From assembly GCA_022361175.1 (NCBI GenBank), contig JAKSBN010000346.1, positions 587 to 64,586 on the forward strand: a stretch of 64,000 nucleotides of DNA, in the 5' to 3' direction. The position numbers and the translations under genes are program-made. The notes beneath the pieces are model-generated. The model ran no database searches. It was not told the origin of the DNA and saw only the letters and a list, made by a program, of their open reading frames with translations. This DNA comes from Pseudomonadota bacterium. Its GTDB lineage: Bacteria; Myxococcota_A; UBA9160; UBA4427. Of the stretch, positions 50,344-59,204 are shown piece after piece. Numbering within the stretch: position 1 is the stretch's first letter; each line of letters begins with the position of its first letter.

Positions 50344-51504
50344 CTAGAGCCCGAAGACGTCTTCCTGCAGGCCCAGCAGCAGACCGGCGGCGTCGGTGTA
50401 GGTCTTCTCGTTGATGAACGTGTGCTGGGTGCCCGTGTACAGGTCGCGGAACGCGCGCTCGAGCCGACTGCCCTCGCGGATGGCCGTGGTGCCCGCGCCC
50501 AGGTGCGCGAACTCGACGACCTCGCGAGCCGCTTGCGTCGCGTAGGTGGCGGCGAGGCGCGCGTCCGCGCGCAAACCGGCAGAGAGATCTCCTCCGTCGC
50601 GCACGCTGTCGCCGACGCGCGCAAACGTCTGGACCACCAGCTCGCGCGCGGCGCGCCACATGGCCTCGTGGTGAGCCAGGTCTCGCTGGAACGTGAGCTT
50701 GTGCGCCAGTGGCGCCGGATCGCCCATGCGGACCTTCTCCCGCGCCAGCTCCATCACGTCGTCGAGGGCGCTGCGAGCGACGCCCAGGGCCCAGGCCGCG
50801 TGGCCGGCGGCCGTGATGGGGAGGATCCCCAGCCGGAAGAGCGGCCCCCCGCGCTGGGGCTGGCGCGAGAGCAGCGGGAACACCCGGTCGTGGGGGACCA
50901 GGACGTCCTCGGCCCGATAGTCGAAGCTGCCGGTGCCCCGCAGTCCCGTCACGTGCCAGCCGTCCTCCAGCACCACGTCGTCGCGCGGGAAGACCGCCAC
51001 CAGCAGCTCCGGCAGCTGGCCTTCGGGCGGCGGAACGCTCGGCAGGAAGCCGCCCACGATGAAGTGCGAGTGGCCGGTGCCGCTGCCGAAGTTCCAGGCG
51101 CCCGTGACGCGGTAGCCCCCTTCGACCGGCACCCCCTGGCCGCGGGGCGCGAACTGACCGGCCAGCGTGACGCGGTGGGCGTTCCGCTCGAACACTTCCT
51201 CGAAGCCCGCGTCGGGGAGGTAGGCGGCGGCGAAGGCCGCCGAGGGCCAGTTGGCGATGCCGATCCAGCCGACCGAGGCGTCCTGCCACGCCAGCTCCTG
51301 CCACACGTCGATGAGCTCCGGCAGGCTGGGCTCGCTGCCCTCGGCTTCGCGCGGGTTCATCCACTGCATGAGCCCGCTGGCCCAGAGCGCGTCGACGACC
51401 GGCTTGGACAGCGTGCGTTGGGACTCGGAGACCGGGGCTTGGGCCCGGATCAGGGGCGCCAGGGAGCGCGCGCGGTCGAGAGGCGCAGGGGGAGCGGCCG
51501 TCAT
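50344..51504 (-). CDS. acyl-CoA dehydrogenase-fold flavin-dependent oxidoreductase/monooxygenase
   Basis: Three-domain ACAD-like layout (GYRVTGAWNFGSGTGHS..., TGLRGTGSFDY, RAFRDLYTGTQH). ATG 51504 follows GGAGA. Confidence 0.85.
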   Translation of the reverse strand: MTAAPPAPLDRARSLAPLIRAQAPVSESQRTLSKPVVDALWASGLMQWMNPREAEGSEPSLPELIDVWQELAWQDASVGWIGIANWPSAAFAAAYLPDAGFEEVFERNAHRVTLAGQFAPRGQGVPVEGGYRVTGAWNFGSGTGHSHFIVGGFLPSVPPPEGQLPELLVAVFPRDDVVLEDGWHVTGLRGTGSFDYRAEDVLVPHDRVFPLLSRQPQRGGPLFRLGILPITAAGHAAWALGVARSALDDVMELAREKVRMGDPAPLAHKLTFQRDLAHHEAMWRAARELVVQTFARVGDSVRDGGDLSAGLRADARLAATYATQAAREVVEFAHLGAGTTAIREGSRLERAFRDLYTGTQHTFINEKTYTDAAGLLLGLQEDVFGL

Positions 51505-51535
51505 GGGGGTCTCCAATGTCTCTGTGGTAGAGTGA

Positions 51536-51553
51536 GGCTAGTAGCTACTAGCC
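51536..51553. promoter_or_regulatory. 18-bp perfect palindrome GGCTAGTAGCTACTAGCC between divergent TetR and ACAD-like genes (candidate TetR operator)
   Basis: All 9 base pairs of the dyad verified. It sits in the 93-bp divergent intergenic region. Confidence 0.5.
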
Positions 51554-51597
51554 AGTAGTCAAGAGAGATCTCGGCAACGCCGGAGGAGGCGTGAGAA

Positions 51598-52212
51598 ATG
51601 GCAGCCGCAGCGGCGAAGGGTCGGTCGACGGCCGAACGGATTCTGGACGAGGCCGAGCGCCTGTTCGCCGCCAAGGGCTTTGCCGGGGCGGCCCTGGCCG
51701 ACGTGGCCGACGCGGTGGGGATTCGCGGCCCCAGCATCCACAAGCACTTCGCCACCAAACGGGCCCTCTACGAGGCCGTGCTGGAGCGACGCCTGGACCC
51801 ATTCTTCGATCTGCTGGACGCCTTGGCCGCCGAGTCGCCGGGAGAGGCCCGCGCCCGCTCGGCGGTGCGTCAGCTGCTGGCCCACCACGCGGCCCATCCG
51901 CACTTGGCCCAGCTCATCCAGCAGGCCACCCTGGCCGGGGGCGACGAGCTCACCTGGCTCTTCGATCGCTGGTACGGCCCTTTCTCCGAACGGGTGCGGG
52001 GCCTGCTGCCCGCCGCGCCCCGTGTCGGGACGCGGTCGCTGGCGACCTCGGAAGCGGCGCTGGTCATGGCCTTCAACGCACTCATCCTGGGCTACGTGAC
52101 CCTGGCACCGCTGCACGCGCGCATGCTCGATCGGGACCCGCTGGCCCCCGAGGCCCTCGCGGCCTACGAGACCCTGTTGGAGGCCTTCTCGCGCCCGACG
52201 GCCGCCGACTAG
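51598..52212 (+). CDS. TetR/AcrR family transcriptional regulator
   Basis: HTH region ERILDEAERLFAAKGFAGAALADVADAVGIRGPSIHKHFATKRALY. ATG follows GGAGGAGG. Confidence 0.9.
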   Translation: MAAAAAKGRSTAERILDEAERLFAAKGFAGAALADVADAVGIRGPSIHKHFATKRALYEAVLERRLDPFFDLLDALAAESPGEARARSAVRQLLAHHAAHPHLAQLIQQATLAGGDELTWLFDRWYGPFSERVRGLLPAAPRVGTRSLATSEAALVMAFNALILGYVTLAPLHARMLDRDPLAPEALAAYETLLEAFSRPTAAD

Positions 52213-53231
52213 GGCGCCGCTTCGTCGCGGGGCGAGCGCGCAAAGAACGCGGCGCGGGGATCGGGCGCTTCGGCGGCGGCCCGCAGGCGGGTGAGATAGG
52301 CGCCGAGGTCGCCCCCCAACTGCTGGAGCACCCGGGCGTGACGGTCGAGATCGCCCACGTAGGTGCCGCGCAGCGCGATGCACGCGTCGTTCAAGCGCAG
52401 CCGGGCCGCGAGCGGGCCGGCCTCGCGGGTGCGCAGGGCGAGCCCCGCCATCCGAGCGCGAGCCTCCGCCTCCGCCTGGGCGCGCGCGGCGGCGCGCTCG
52501 TCGACGCCGACGTCGGTCTCGTACACCCGCCGGATGGCGTCGCGCAGGCGGACCACCTCGCGGTCGACGGCCCGGCCGTCGGCCACGCGATCGCGTTCGG
52601 CGGCGGCGCGCGTGCGATCGCGCTCGGCGAAGAAGCGGATCGAGGCTTCCTCGCCGAAGAAGCTGGCGGCGCCCTCGTTGAAGTCGGGCTGGCTCTTGAC
52701 GAAGACCGTGGCGTGCACGAGCTCGTGCAGCAGGGTCTCGACCAGCGGTCCGGGCCCCCCGCGCAGCATGGGCCGGGTCACCGGGTCGGCCAGCCACCCG
52801 AGTGTCGAGTAGGCGGGCACGGCCACCAGGCACACGTCGAGCCCCTGGTCTCGCAGCGACTCCGCCTCGCGCTCGGCGCGCGCGCGGTCGAAGAAGCCCT
52901 TGTACGGGACGTCTCCGATCAGCGGAAAACGAAAGGGCCGCGACTCGATCCGGCCGGGCTCGGTGGCGACCACGGTCGTCAGGATCCGGTCGCCGTCCCA
53001 ATCCACGTAGCTCCGGTATTGTTGGCCCACGTCGAGCCCCAGCCCCGCGGCGAATGCGCGCACCTCGTCCACCAGCGAGAGCGAGGTGCGCACCGTTTCG
53101 GGAGTGGTGGGTTCGGCCAGAACGTCGTCGATGGACTCGCGGGCCCACATCACGCGCGCCTGTCCCGCCGCCAGGTGGCCCAGGTAACAGCCCGTCTGCG
53201 CGATCGTGGCCAGCAGGAGCAAGCACCCCAT
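52209..53231 (-). CDS. predicted zinc aminopeptidase-like lipoprotein (DUF2265-type)
   Basis: Lipobox LATIAQTGC and HELVH zinc motif. The start is uncertain: ATG 53231 gives a signal peptide with no basic N-region. Confidence 0.75.
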   Translation of the reverse strand: MGCLLLLATIAQTGCYLGHLAAGQARVMWARESIDDVLAEPTTPETVRTSLSLVDEVRAFAAGLGLDVGQQYRSYVDWDGDRILTTVVATEPGRIESRPFRFPLIGDVPYKGFFDRARAEREAESLRDQGLDVCLVAVPAYSTLGWLADPVTRPMLRGGPGPLVETLLHELVHATVFVKSQPDFNEGAASFFGEEASIRFFAERDRTRAAAERDRVADGRAVDREVVRLRDAIRRVYETDVGVDERAAARAQAEAEARARMAGLALRTREAGPLAARLRLNDACIALRGTYVGDLDRHARVLQQLGGDLGAYLTRLRAAAEAPDPRAAFFARSPRDEAAP

Positions 53232-54108
53232 GAGCCGCCCCGAGTTTCGCTTGATCGTCGTGCGGGTCCCGTCGCCCGAGGTGGCCGAACAGGTCTGGGC
53301 CGCGGCCCACGCGGCGGGGGGCTGCGGCGGCGAAGAGCGTCCGGACTCAGGCGGCACGCGCCTGCTCCTGTATGCGCCCGACGAGCGAGCGGACGCCGTC
53401 GCGGGGGCCGCGGCGACCGTGGCGTTCACCCAGGTCGAGACGCCGGAGCCCGTGCCCCCCACCGACTGGAGCGAAGCGTGGAAGGACGGGCTGGCGGCGA
53501 CGGTCGTCTCGCCGCGCCTGGTCGTGCGCCCGTCGTTCGTGGAACACACGCCCGAGCCCGGGCAGTCCGAGGTGGTCATCGACCCGGGTCAGGCCTTCGG
53601 GACCGGCACCCACGGCTCGACGCGGCTGGTCCTCGAGTGGCTGGACGTCCTGGCGGAGGCGGGTCACCTGACCGGCCGCGAGGTCGTGGACGCGGGAACT
53701 GGGAGTGGAGTTCTGGCCCTCGCGGCGCTGCGCCTCGGTGCGAAGAGCGCCCTGGGTTTCGATCTCGATCCCACGGCGCTGGTCACCGCGCGCGAAAACG
53801 GCGTCGTGAATGGGCTGCGCGACCGGGTCCGCTGGGTCGTGGGCGAGGCCGCGAGCCTGGCGACCGTGCCGTGCGACCTGTTGCTGGTCAACATGCTGAG
53901 CTCCGAGTTCCTGCCCTCCACGGACGCCTGGGCGCGTTGGGTTCGCGCCGGCGGCAAGGCGGTCTTCTCCGGGCTCTTGACGGAAGAACAGGAGCTCGTC
54001 TCCCGGACGTTGGAGGCCGTGGGTTTCGAAGTCGAGGGAGAGCGGCGCTGCCGCGACGAGCGCGGGGATCACTGGCTCTCGCTCCTGACCCGCCGGGCCG
54101 CCGAGTGA
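53230..54108 (+). CDS. prmA: ribosomal protein L11 methyltransferase
   Basis: W..EAWK block, IDPGQAFGTGTHGST, and SAM motif VVDAGTGSGVLALAA. ATG 53230, with GTG 53206 as an alternative. Confidence 0.85.
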   Translation: MSRPEFRLIVVRVPSPEVAEQVWAAAHAAGGCGGEERPDSGGTRLLLYAPDERADAVAGAAATVAFTQVETPEPVPPTDWSEAWKDGLAATVVSPRLVVRPSFVEHTPEPGQSEVVIDPGQAFGTGTHGSTRLVLEWLDVLAEAGHLTGREVVDAGTGSGVLALAALRLGAKSALGFDLDPTALVTARENGVVNGLRDRVRWVVGEAASLATVPCDLLLVNMLSSEFLPSTDAWARWVRAGGKAVFSGLLTEEQELVSRTLEAVGFEVEGERRCRDERGDHWLSLLTRRAAE

Positions 54109-54115
54109 GGGTGGG

Positions 54116-55012
54116 TCATCCGGCGGCCTCGACGCGCTCCCAGGCGGCGTAGAGGTCGCGGAGCGTCTGTCCCAGCTCGATCCGGGGGCTCCAGCCCGTC
54201 GCCCGGCGCAGGGCGTCGGAGCGTCCCAGGAGCTGATCGCTTCGGCGCAGGCGGCGGTTGTCCACGCGCACGGCGGGACGGTGGCCCGCCGCCTCGCACA
54301 GGTGGTCCAGCAGTACGCGTACCCGCACGCCCACACCGCTGGCGACGTTGAACACGCGGGCCGGCACGCTGCGGTCCAGTAGCCGCACGTAGGCGTCCAC
54401 CACGTCCCGCACGTCGGTGAAGTCGCGCACGGCGTCGAGGTTCCCCACCAGCAGCTCGGACCGGCGGGCGCCGCGGGCGATTTCCGCCAGCTGCTTCGCG
54501 AAGCTCGACGCCACGAAGATCTCGGACTGGCCCGGACCGATGTGGTTGAAGGCCCGTACGCGCACCACGTCCAAGCCGCGCGCGGCATAGTCCGTGGCCA
54601 GCAGCTCCGCGGCGGCCTTGGTGCGCCCGTAGGGCGAGGTCGGCCGGAACCCGTCGGACTCGTCCAGCGGGGCCGAGCCGACGGGGCGGGGTCCGTACTG
54701 GTCGGCGGAGCCGACGACCAGGACACGCGCGCTCCGCGCGTGCCGCCAGGCCGCCTCGAGCACGGCGCGAGTTCCCAGATAGTTCACCCGATAGTCGCGC
54801 AACGGGTCGCCATGCGAGCGCGAGGGCGAGCTCTGGGCGGCCAAATGAACGATCGCCTCGGGGTGCTCGGCGGCCACGGTGTCCGCCACACCGGAGGCGT
54901 CGGTGACGTCGAGCTCGCGGTCACGGGCGATGACCTCGGCGCCTTCGGCCTCGAGGCGCGGCACGAGGTGACCTCCGACGAACCCCCCGGCGCCGGTCAC
55001 GAGCACTCGCAT
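54116..55012 (-). CDS. NAD-dependent epimerase/dehydratase (GDP-6-deoxy-mannose reductase-like)
   Basis: MRVLVTGAGGFVGGHL Rossmann motif and YGRTK catalytic motif. ATG at 55012. Confidence 0.9.
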   Translation of the reverse strand: MRVLVTGAGGFVGGHLVPRLEAEGAEVIARDRELDVTDASGVADTVAAEHPEAIVHLAAQSSPSRSHGDPLRDYRVNYLGTRAVLEAAWRHARSARVLVVGSADQYGPRPVGSAPLDESDGFRPTSPYGRTKAAAELLATDYAARGLDVVRVRAFNHIGPGQSEIFVASSFAKQLAEIARGARRSELLVGNLDAVRDFTDVRDVVDAYVRLLDRSVPARVFNVASGVGVRVRVLLDHLCEAAGHRPAVRVDNRRLRRSDQLLGRSDALRRATGWSPRIELGQTLRDLYAAWERVEAAG

Positions 55013-55112
55013 GCCGGGCAGCGTGCCGGAGGCACGGGCGGGCCGCAACGGCTTGGGGGGCGCGGAGGGCGTCGGACTTGACCTGGCCGTGTCCGAAGCG
55101 TATCCCTCGGTC

Positions 55113-56117
55113 ATGCTCATCGGCGTTTCGGGACCCAACGGGGCCGGCAAGGGCGAAGTGGTGCGCTACCTGGAGGAGCGCTCCTTCTCGGCCCACTCCC
55201 TCTCCGACACCTTGCGCGAGGAGCTCCGCCGCCGCGGCCTGCCCGAGTCCCGCGAGCGGATGATCGAGCTGGGCAACGAATGGCGGGCGGCCAACGGCCC
55301 GGGGGCCCTGGCGGAGCGGCTGGTCGCCGAATTGGCTCCGGATCGCAACTACGTCGTCGATTCCATCCGGCATCCCGCCGAGGTGGAGGCCCTGCGCCGC
55401 GGCCGCCGCGACTTCCACCTGCTGTGGGTGGACGCCGACATCGCACTGCGGTTCGAACGCCTGCGCGCCCGGGGCCGGCCGGGAGATCCCAACACCCTGG
55501 CCGAGCTCCGCGAGCTGGAGGGGCGCGAGCTCGGAAGCGCCGATCCCGCCGCCCAGCAGCTGCTGGCGGTGAAGGAGCGCGCGGACTTCCGCGTGGAGAA
55601 CGCCGGCTCGCGCGAGGATCTCCACGCGGCCGTCCAACAGTTGCTCGAGCGCACCCAGCGCTTCGAACGTCCGGGCTGGGACGACTACTTCATGGACATC
55701 GCCCGGATGGTGGCCGCGCGCAGCAACTGCGTGAAGCGCAAGGTGGGCGCGGTGGTGGTGGTGGAGCGGCGGATCATCTCCACCGGCTACAACGGCACAC
55801 CGCGAGGCGTTCGCAATTGCAACGAGGGGGGCTGCCCGCGTTGCAACTCGTTCGCCCCGGGTGGGACCCGGCTCGACGAGTGCCTGTGCTCCCACGGCGA
55901 AGAGAACGCGATCACCCAGGCGGCGTACCACGGAGTGTCGCTGAAGGGAGCCACTCTCTACACGACCTTCAGCCCCTGCCTGATGTGCACCAAGATGATC
56001 ATCAACGCCGGTGCCGCCGAGGTGGTCTACAACGTGGACTACCCGATGGCCGAGGTACCCCTGGGCCTACTCCGCGAAGCGGGCGTCAAGGTGCGTCAGA
56101 TCGGCGTGGCGGACTGA
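55113..56117 (+). CDS. fusion of a P-loop nucleotide-kinase-like domain and a dCMP/CMP deaminase domain
   Basis: N-terminal MLIGVSGPNGAGKG Walker A. C-terminal deaminase zinc motifs CSHGEENA and SPCLMCTKMI. ATG at 55113; the 34 upstream codons of the track ORF look spurious. Confidence 0.85.
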   Translation: MLIGVSGPNGAGKGEVVRYLEERSFSAHSLSDTLREELRRRGLPESRERMIELGNEWRAANGPGALAERLVAELAPDRNYVVDSIRHPAEVEALRRGRRDFHLLWVDADIALRFERLRARGRPGDPNTLAELRELEGRELGSADPAAQQLLAVKERADFRVENAGSREDLHAAVQQLLERTQRFERPGWDDYFMDIARMVAARSNCVKRKVGAVVVVERRIISTGYNGTPRGVRNCNEGGCPRCNSFAPGGTRLDECLCSHGEENAITQAAYHGVSLKGATLYTTFSPCLMCTKMIINAGAAEVVYNVDYPMAEVPLGLLREAGVKVRQIGVAD

Positions 56118-57234
56118 GCTCTTCGGAGGCCTCGGGTCCGGGAGCGGCGGCGTCGAGCGGAGCCAGCTCGGCGAGCTTCTCCGCCCACGGCGGCAGTTCC
56201 ATCTCGGGCCGGATCTCGATCACCAACAGGCTGCCCAGCACCGCGGCCAGGGCGAGGGCAGGAGCCCACCAGCGGAGCCAGCGCCGCCCACCCCGCTCGG
56301 GCGTGTGGGCGGAGAGCACGACGGTTTCGCCGCCGCGGTGGACGAAGACGCCGTTCTCCCACATCCACTCGGCGATGGTGGCGCGGGCGTCGGCGGAAGA
56401 CGGGTGCCCGAGAAACGCCTCCAGCCGGCGCCGCACCAACGTCGCGGTGCCCGGCCGGGCCTTGGGGCGGGGCCTCAGGCAGGTGCGGATCAGGCGGGCC
56501 AGGGCGCGCGGGATGTCGCGCGCGTGCTGGCGAGGGCGCACGTAGCGCTCGTGCTGCTTGCGGGCCAGCAGACTCTCGGCCGAGGCTTCATCGCTCTCCG
56601 CGTAGGGCGGCACGCCCGTCAGGGTCTCGTAGAGCACGGCGCCGAGGGAGAAGACGTCGCCGCGACCGTCGACCCGCTCGCCCAGCATCTGTTCGGGCGG
56701 CATGTAGGGCGGGGATCCGATCATCATGCCCGGTGTCGTGAGGGCCGGGCCGCTGGGATCGAGGGCGATGCCGAAGTCGGCGATCTTCACCTCACCCGAG
56801 CGGCCGATCAGGAGATTGCCCGGTTTCAGATCCCGGTGGACGGTGCCACTGCGGTGGATCTCCTCGAGTCCGCGCGCGGCTTCGAGGATCAGGAGCGCGG
56901 CGATGCGCGACGGCAGTCGTCCCGCGGTCGCCAAGACGGAGCGCAGGTCGAGACCGTCCACGTACTCCTGCGCGATGTAGTGATCGCCGCGGTAGCTGAA
57001 GCAGTCGTAGACCGCGACCACGTTCTGGTGGTGAACGGCGGCGGCCGCCTGCGCTTCGCGCTCGAACCGCTGCACGAACTCCGTGTCGGAGCCCAGATCT
57101 CGCCGCAGCTTCTTCAGGACGGCGGGGCGTTCGAGCTGGCGTTGGCGGGCGAGGTACACCACGCCCATGCCGCCGCGGCCGATCTCGTCCTCGACGGTGA
57201 AGTTGCCGAGGGTCTTGCCTCGGGCGTCGCTCAC
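56086..57234 (-). CDS. Hanks-type serine/threonine protein kinase with a C-terminal TM segment
   Basis: GRGGMGVVY, VLKKL, HRDLKPGNLL, DFG, and SPPYMPPE. TM helix WWAPALALAAVLGSLLVI. GTG 57234 follows GGAGAA. Confidence 0.9.
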   Translation of the reverse strand: MSDARGKTLGNFTVEDEIGRGGMGVVYLARQRQLERPAVLKKLRRDLGSDTEFVQRFEREAQAAAAVHHQNVVAVYDCFSYRGDHYIAQEYVDGLDLRSVLATAGRLPSRIAALLILEAARGLEEIHRSGTVHRDLKPGNLLIGRSGEVKIADFGIALDPSGPALTTPGMMIGSPPYMPPEQMLGERVDGRGDVFSLGAVLYETLTGVPPYAESDEASAESLLARKQHERYVRPRQHARDIPRALARLIRTCLRPRPKARPGTATLVRRRLEAFLGHPSSADARATIAEWMWENGVFVHRGGETVVLSAHTPERGGRRWLRWWAPALALAAVLGSLLVIEIRPEMELPPWAEKLAELAPLDAAAPGPEASEELSPPRRSDAP

Positions 57235-57272
57235 GCTCTTCTCCGCGGGTCCGGGCCGAGCGGCATCCGCCG

Positions 57273-57677
57273 CTAGCCGTCCTCGGAGAGGTCGTAGGTG
57301 GGCGTGCTGGCGCGCTCCTGGACCACGTACTGCAGCACGTGCTCGCCGATCTGGAGTCGATCGCCGTGCAGGAGGTCGCGGGCCAGTTCGGCTCGGCCGT
57401 TGACGGCGACCCCGTTGGTGCTCGCGAGATCTCGAACGCGAAAGCCGTCTTCCGCCAGTTCGAAAGCGGCGTGCTCCTTGGACATGGCGTCGTCGTCGAA
57501 GCGCCAATCGCACGACTCACCGCGACCGACGATGACCCGCGCGTGCTCAAGCGGGTACTCCTCGCCCGCCTCGTCGCCTTCGACGACCACCAGCAGCGGC
57601 CGGTGGTGCAACAAGAAGCCGTGCGGCGCCGTGCGCTCCGGAGCGAGAGAAGCCTTGCGGGTGCGGCCGTCTTGCAT
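57273..57677 (-). CDS. FHA domain protein
   Basis: 134 aa. IVGRGESCDWRFDDDAMSKEHAAF...DLASTNGVAVNG is the FHA core. ATG follows GGGAGA. Confidence 0.85.
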   Translation of the reverse strand: MQDGRTRKASLAPERTAPHGFLLHHRPLLVVVEGDEAGEEYPLEHARVIVGRGESCDWRFDDDAMSKEHAAFELAEDGFRVRDLASTNGVAVNGRAELARDLLHGDRLQIGEHVLQYVVQERASTPTYDLSEDG

Positions 57678-57940
57678 GCGAAAAATCTCCCTCCCGTCGT
57701 GCCGTGTTTCGGCGCTCTCGAGCTCGCTCTTGAGGTGGACTGGGGTGGAAATCCGGCGGCCGCGGGATCGGTGACGTCCGTCACCCGAGCTGGGGGCCGG
57801 CTTCCCTCGAGAGCTACTCCGGAACAAGCCCGAGGGCTGTTTGCGAGAACGGCAAAGGGCAGCAGAACGCGCGCGGAAGGGGTTGATTCTGCAGGCCCGT
57901 ACGTCGATGCCAGCGATGAACGACGAATTCGCGAGGAAGC

Positions 57941-59185
57941 ATGGCCGAAGCGAGCCAGAGCTACTTGGCGCGACAGCCGATCTTGAACCGCGCCCGCCAG
58001 GTCGCGGGCTACGAACTCCTGTTCCGCTGCTCGAGCACGGCCGAGCACGCGGACGTCCAAGATCCCGTGCTGGCGACGGCCCGCGTGGCGACCAACGTAC
58101 TCGGCAGCTTCGGGGCGGAGTCGATTTTGGGCGATCGCCCCGGCTTTCTGAACGTGCCCGTCGAGCTGCTGGAAGGAGACTTCGTCGAGTCGCTGCCCGA
58201 CGGCCGCTTCGTGATCGAGCTGCCGCCCGTCGAGGAAGTGTCCGAGGGATTGATCCGGCGCGTGTCGGCGCTCGAGGCCGCCAAGGTCCGCCTGGCACTG
58301 GATGACTACCACCGCCGCGACGCCCGATCCGTGCTCCTGGACAAGGTCCGCTACGTCAAAATCGATACGCTGAAGACGCCGCCCGACGAGTTGAAAAAGC
58401 TCGTGCGCGGCCTGCGCGGCAAGGGCGTTCACGTGATCGCGACGAAGGTGGAGAGCCCGGACCAGTACGAGCGGCTGCTCCAGCTGGGCTTCGACCTCTT
58501 CCAGGGCTTCTTCTTCGCCAAACCCGTGCTGGTGGAAGGCAAGCGCGTCGACCCCGACCGGAGCTCGTTGCTGGAGCTCATGACCCAGCTGGAGTCCGAC
58601 GCGGACATGGACGAGATCGAGGAGTTCTTCAAACGCCGGCCCGCCTTGAGCGTCAACCTGCTGCGGTTGGTGAACGGCCTCGAGTACGCGCGCGCGCAGC
58701 GGATCGAGTCGGTGAGCCAGGCGCTCATGATGGTCGGCCGCCGCGGCCTGGTCCGCTGGCTCAACATCCTGCTCTTCGCCGGCGACGAGAAGCAGAGTCC
58801 GCCGACCCCGCTCTTCAGCACGGCCGCCACCCGGGGCAAGACCGTCGAGCTGCTCGACGAGGCGCTGTGTCTCGAGCAGGGCACTCCGCCGGAGCCCCAA
58901 CGGGCCTTCCTCACCGGCATGCTGTCGTTGGTGCACGTCGTGCTGGGGATGACGCCCGAGCAGGTGATGGAGGAGATCCGCGTCGACCCGGCCGTCGAGG
59001 CGGCGATCCTGCGACGCGAGGGGCTGCTGGGCCGCCTGCTGTCTCTCACCGAGCAGCTGGAGGTGGGCGGTTTCGACGAAGCTTCCAAGATCCTGGAGGA
59101 TCTGGATCTGGAGCCCTCGCAGCTGCAGGAGGCCCAGGTGGCCGCCTACGAGTGGGTGCACGGCCTGGCGCCGACCGGCCGCTAG
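57941..59185 (+). CDS. EAL-like plus HDOD domain protein (c-di-GMP signalling; EAL signature partly degenerate)
   Basis: The EAL region reads YELLFR...DDYHRR...KID...FQGFFF. The C-terminal half resembles HDOD (LMTQLESD...LLRLVNG). Confidence 0.85.
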   Translation: MAEASQSYLARQPILNRARQVAGYELLFRCSSTAEHADVQDPVLATARVATNVLGSFGAESILGDRPGFLNVPVELLEGDFVESLPDGRFVIELPPVEEVSEGLIRRVSALEAAKVRLALDDYHRRDARSVLLDKVRYVKIDTLKTPPDELKKLVRGLRGKGVHVIATKVESPDQYERLLQLGFDLFQGFFFAKPVLVEGKRVDPDRSSLLELMTQLESDADMDEIEEFFKRRPALSVNLLRLVNGLEYARAQRIESVSQALMMVGRRGLVRWLNILLFAGDEKQSPPTPLFSTAATRGKTVELLDEALCLEQGTPPEPQRAFLTGMLSLVHVVLGMTPEQVMEEIRVDPAVEAAILRREGLLGRLLSLTEQLEVGGFDEASKILEDLDLEPSQLQEAQVAAYEWVHGLAPTGR

Positions 59186-59204
59186 TCCCGCCCCGAGCGT
59201 CCGT

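Noticed and set aside
51591-54152. 853-aa plus-strand ORF across the TetR/aminopeptidase/prmA region
   Set aside because: It is an R/G/P-rich shadow frame that conflicts with three genes carrying recognisable motifs.
55011-55112. ATG 55011 as the start of the kinase-deaminase fusion (overlapping the divergent epimerase start in a CATG)
   Set aside because: The 34 added residues look non-protein-like, and P-loop kinases normally begin a few residues before the Walker A motif, as with ATG 55113.
56792-59161. 789-aa minus-strand ORF antisense to the EAL-HDOD gene and out of frame over the same-strand FHA and kinase genes
   Set aside because: It has no family resemblance and a shadow-frame composition. 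The kept frames carry EAL/HDOD, FHA and kinase motifs.
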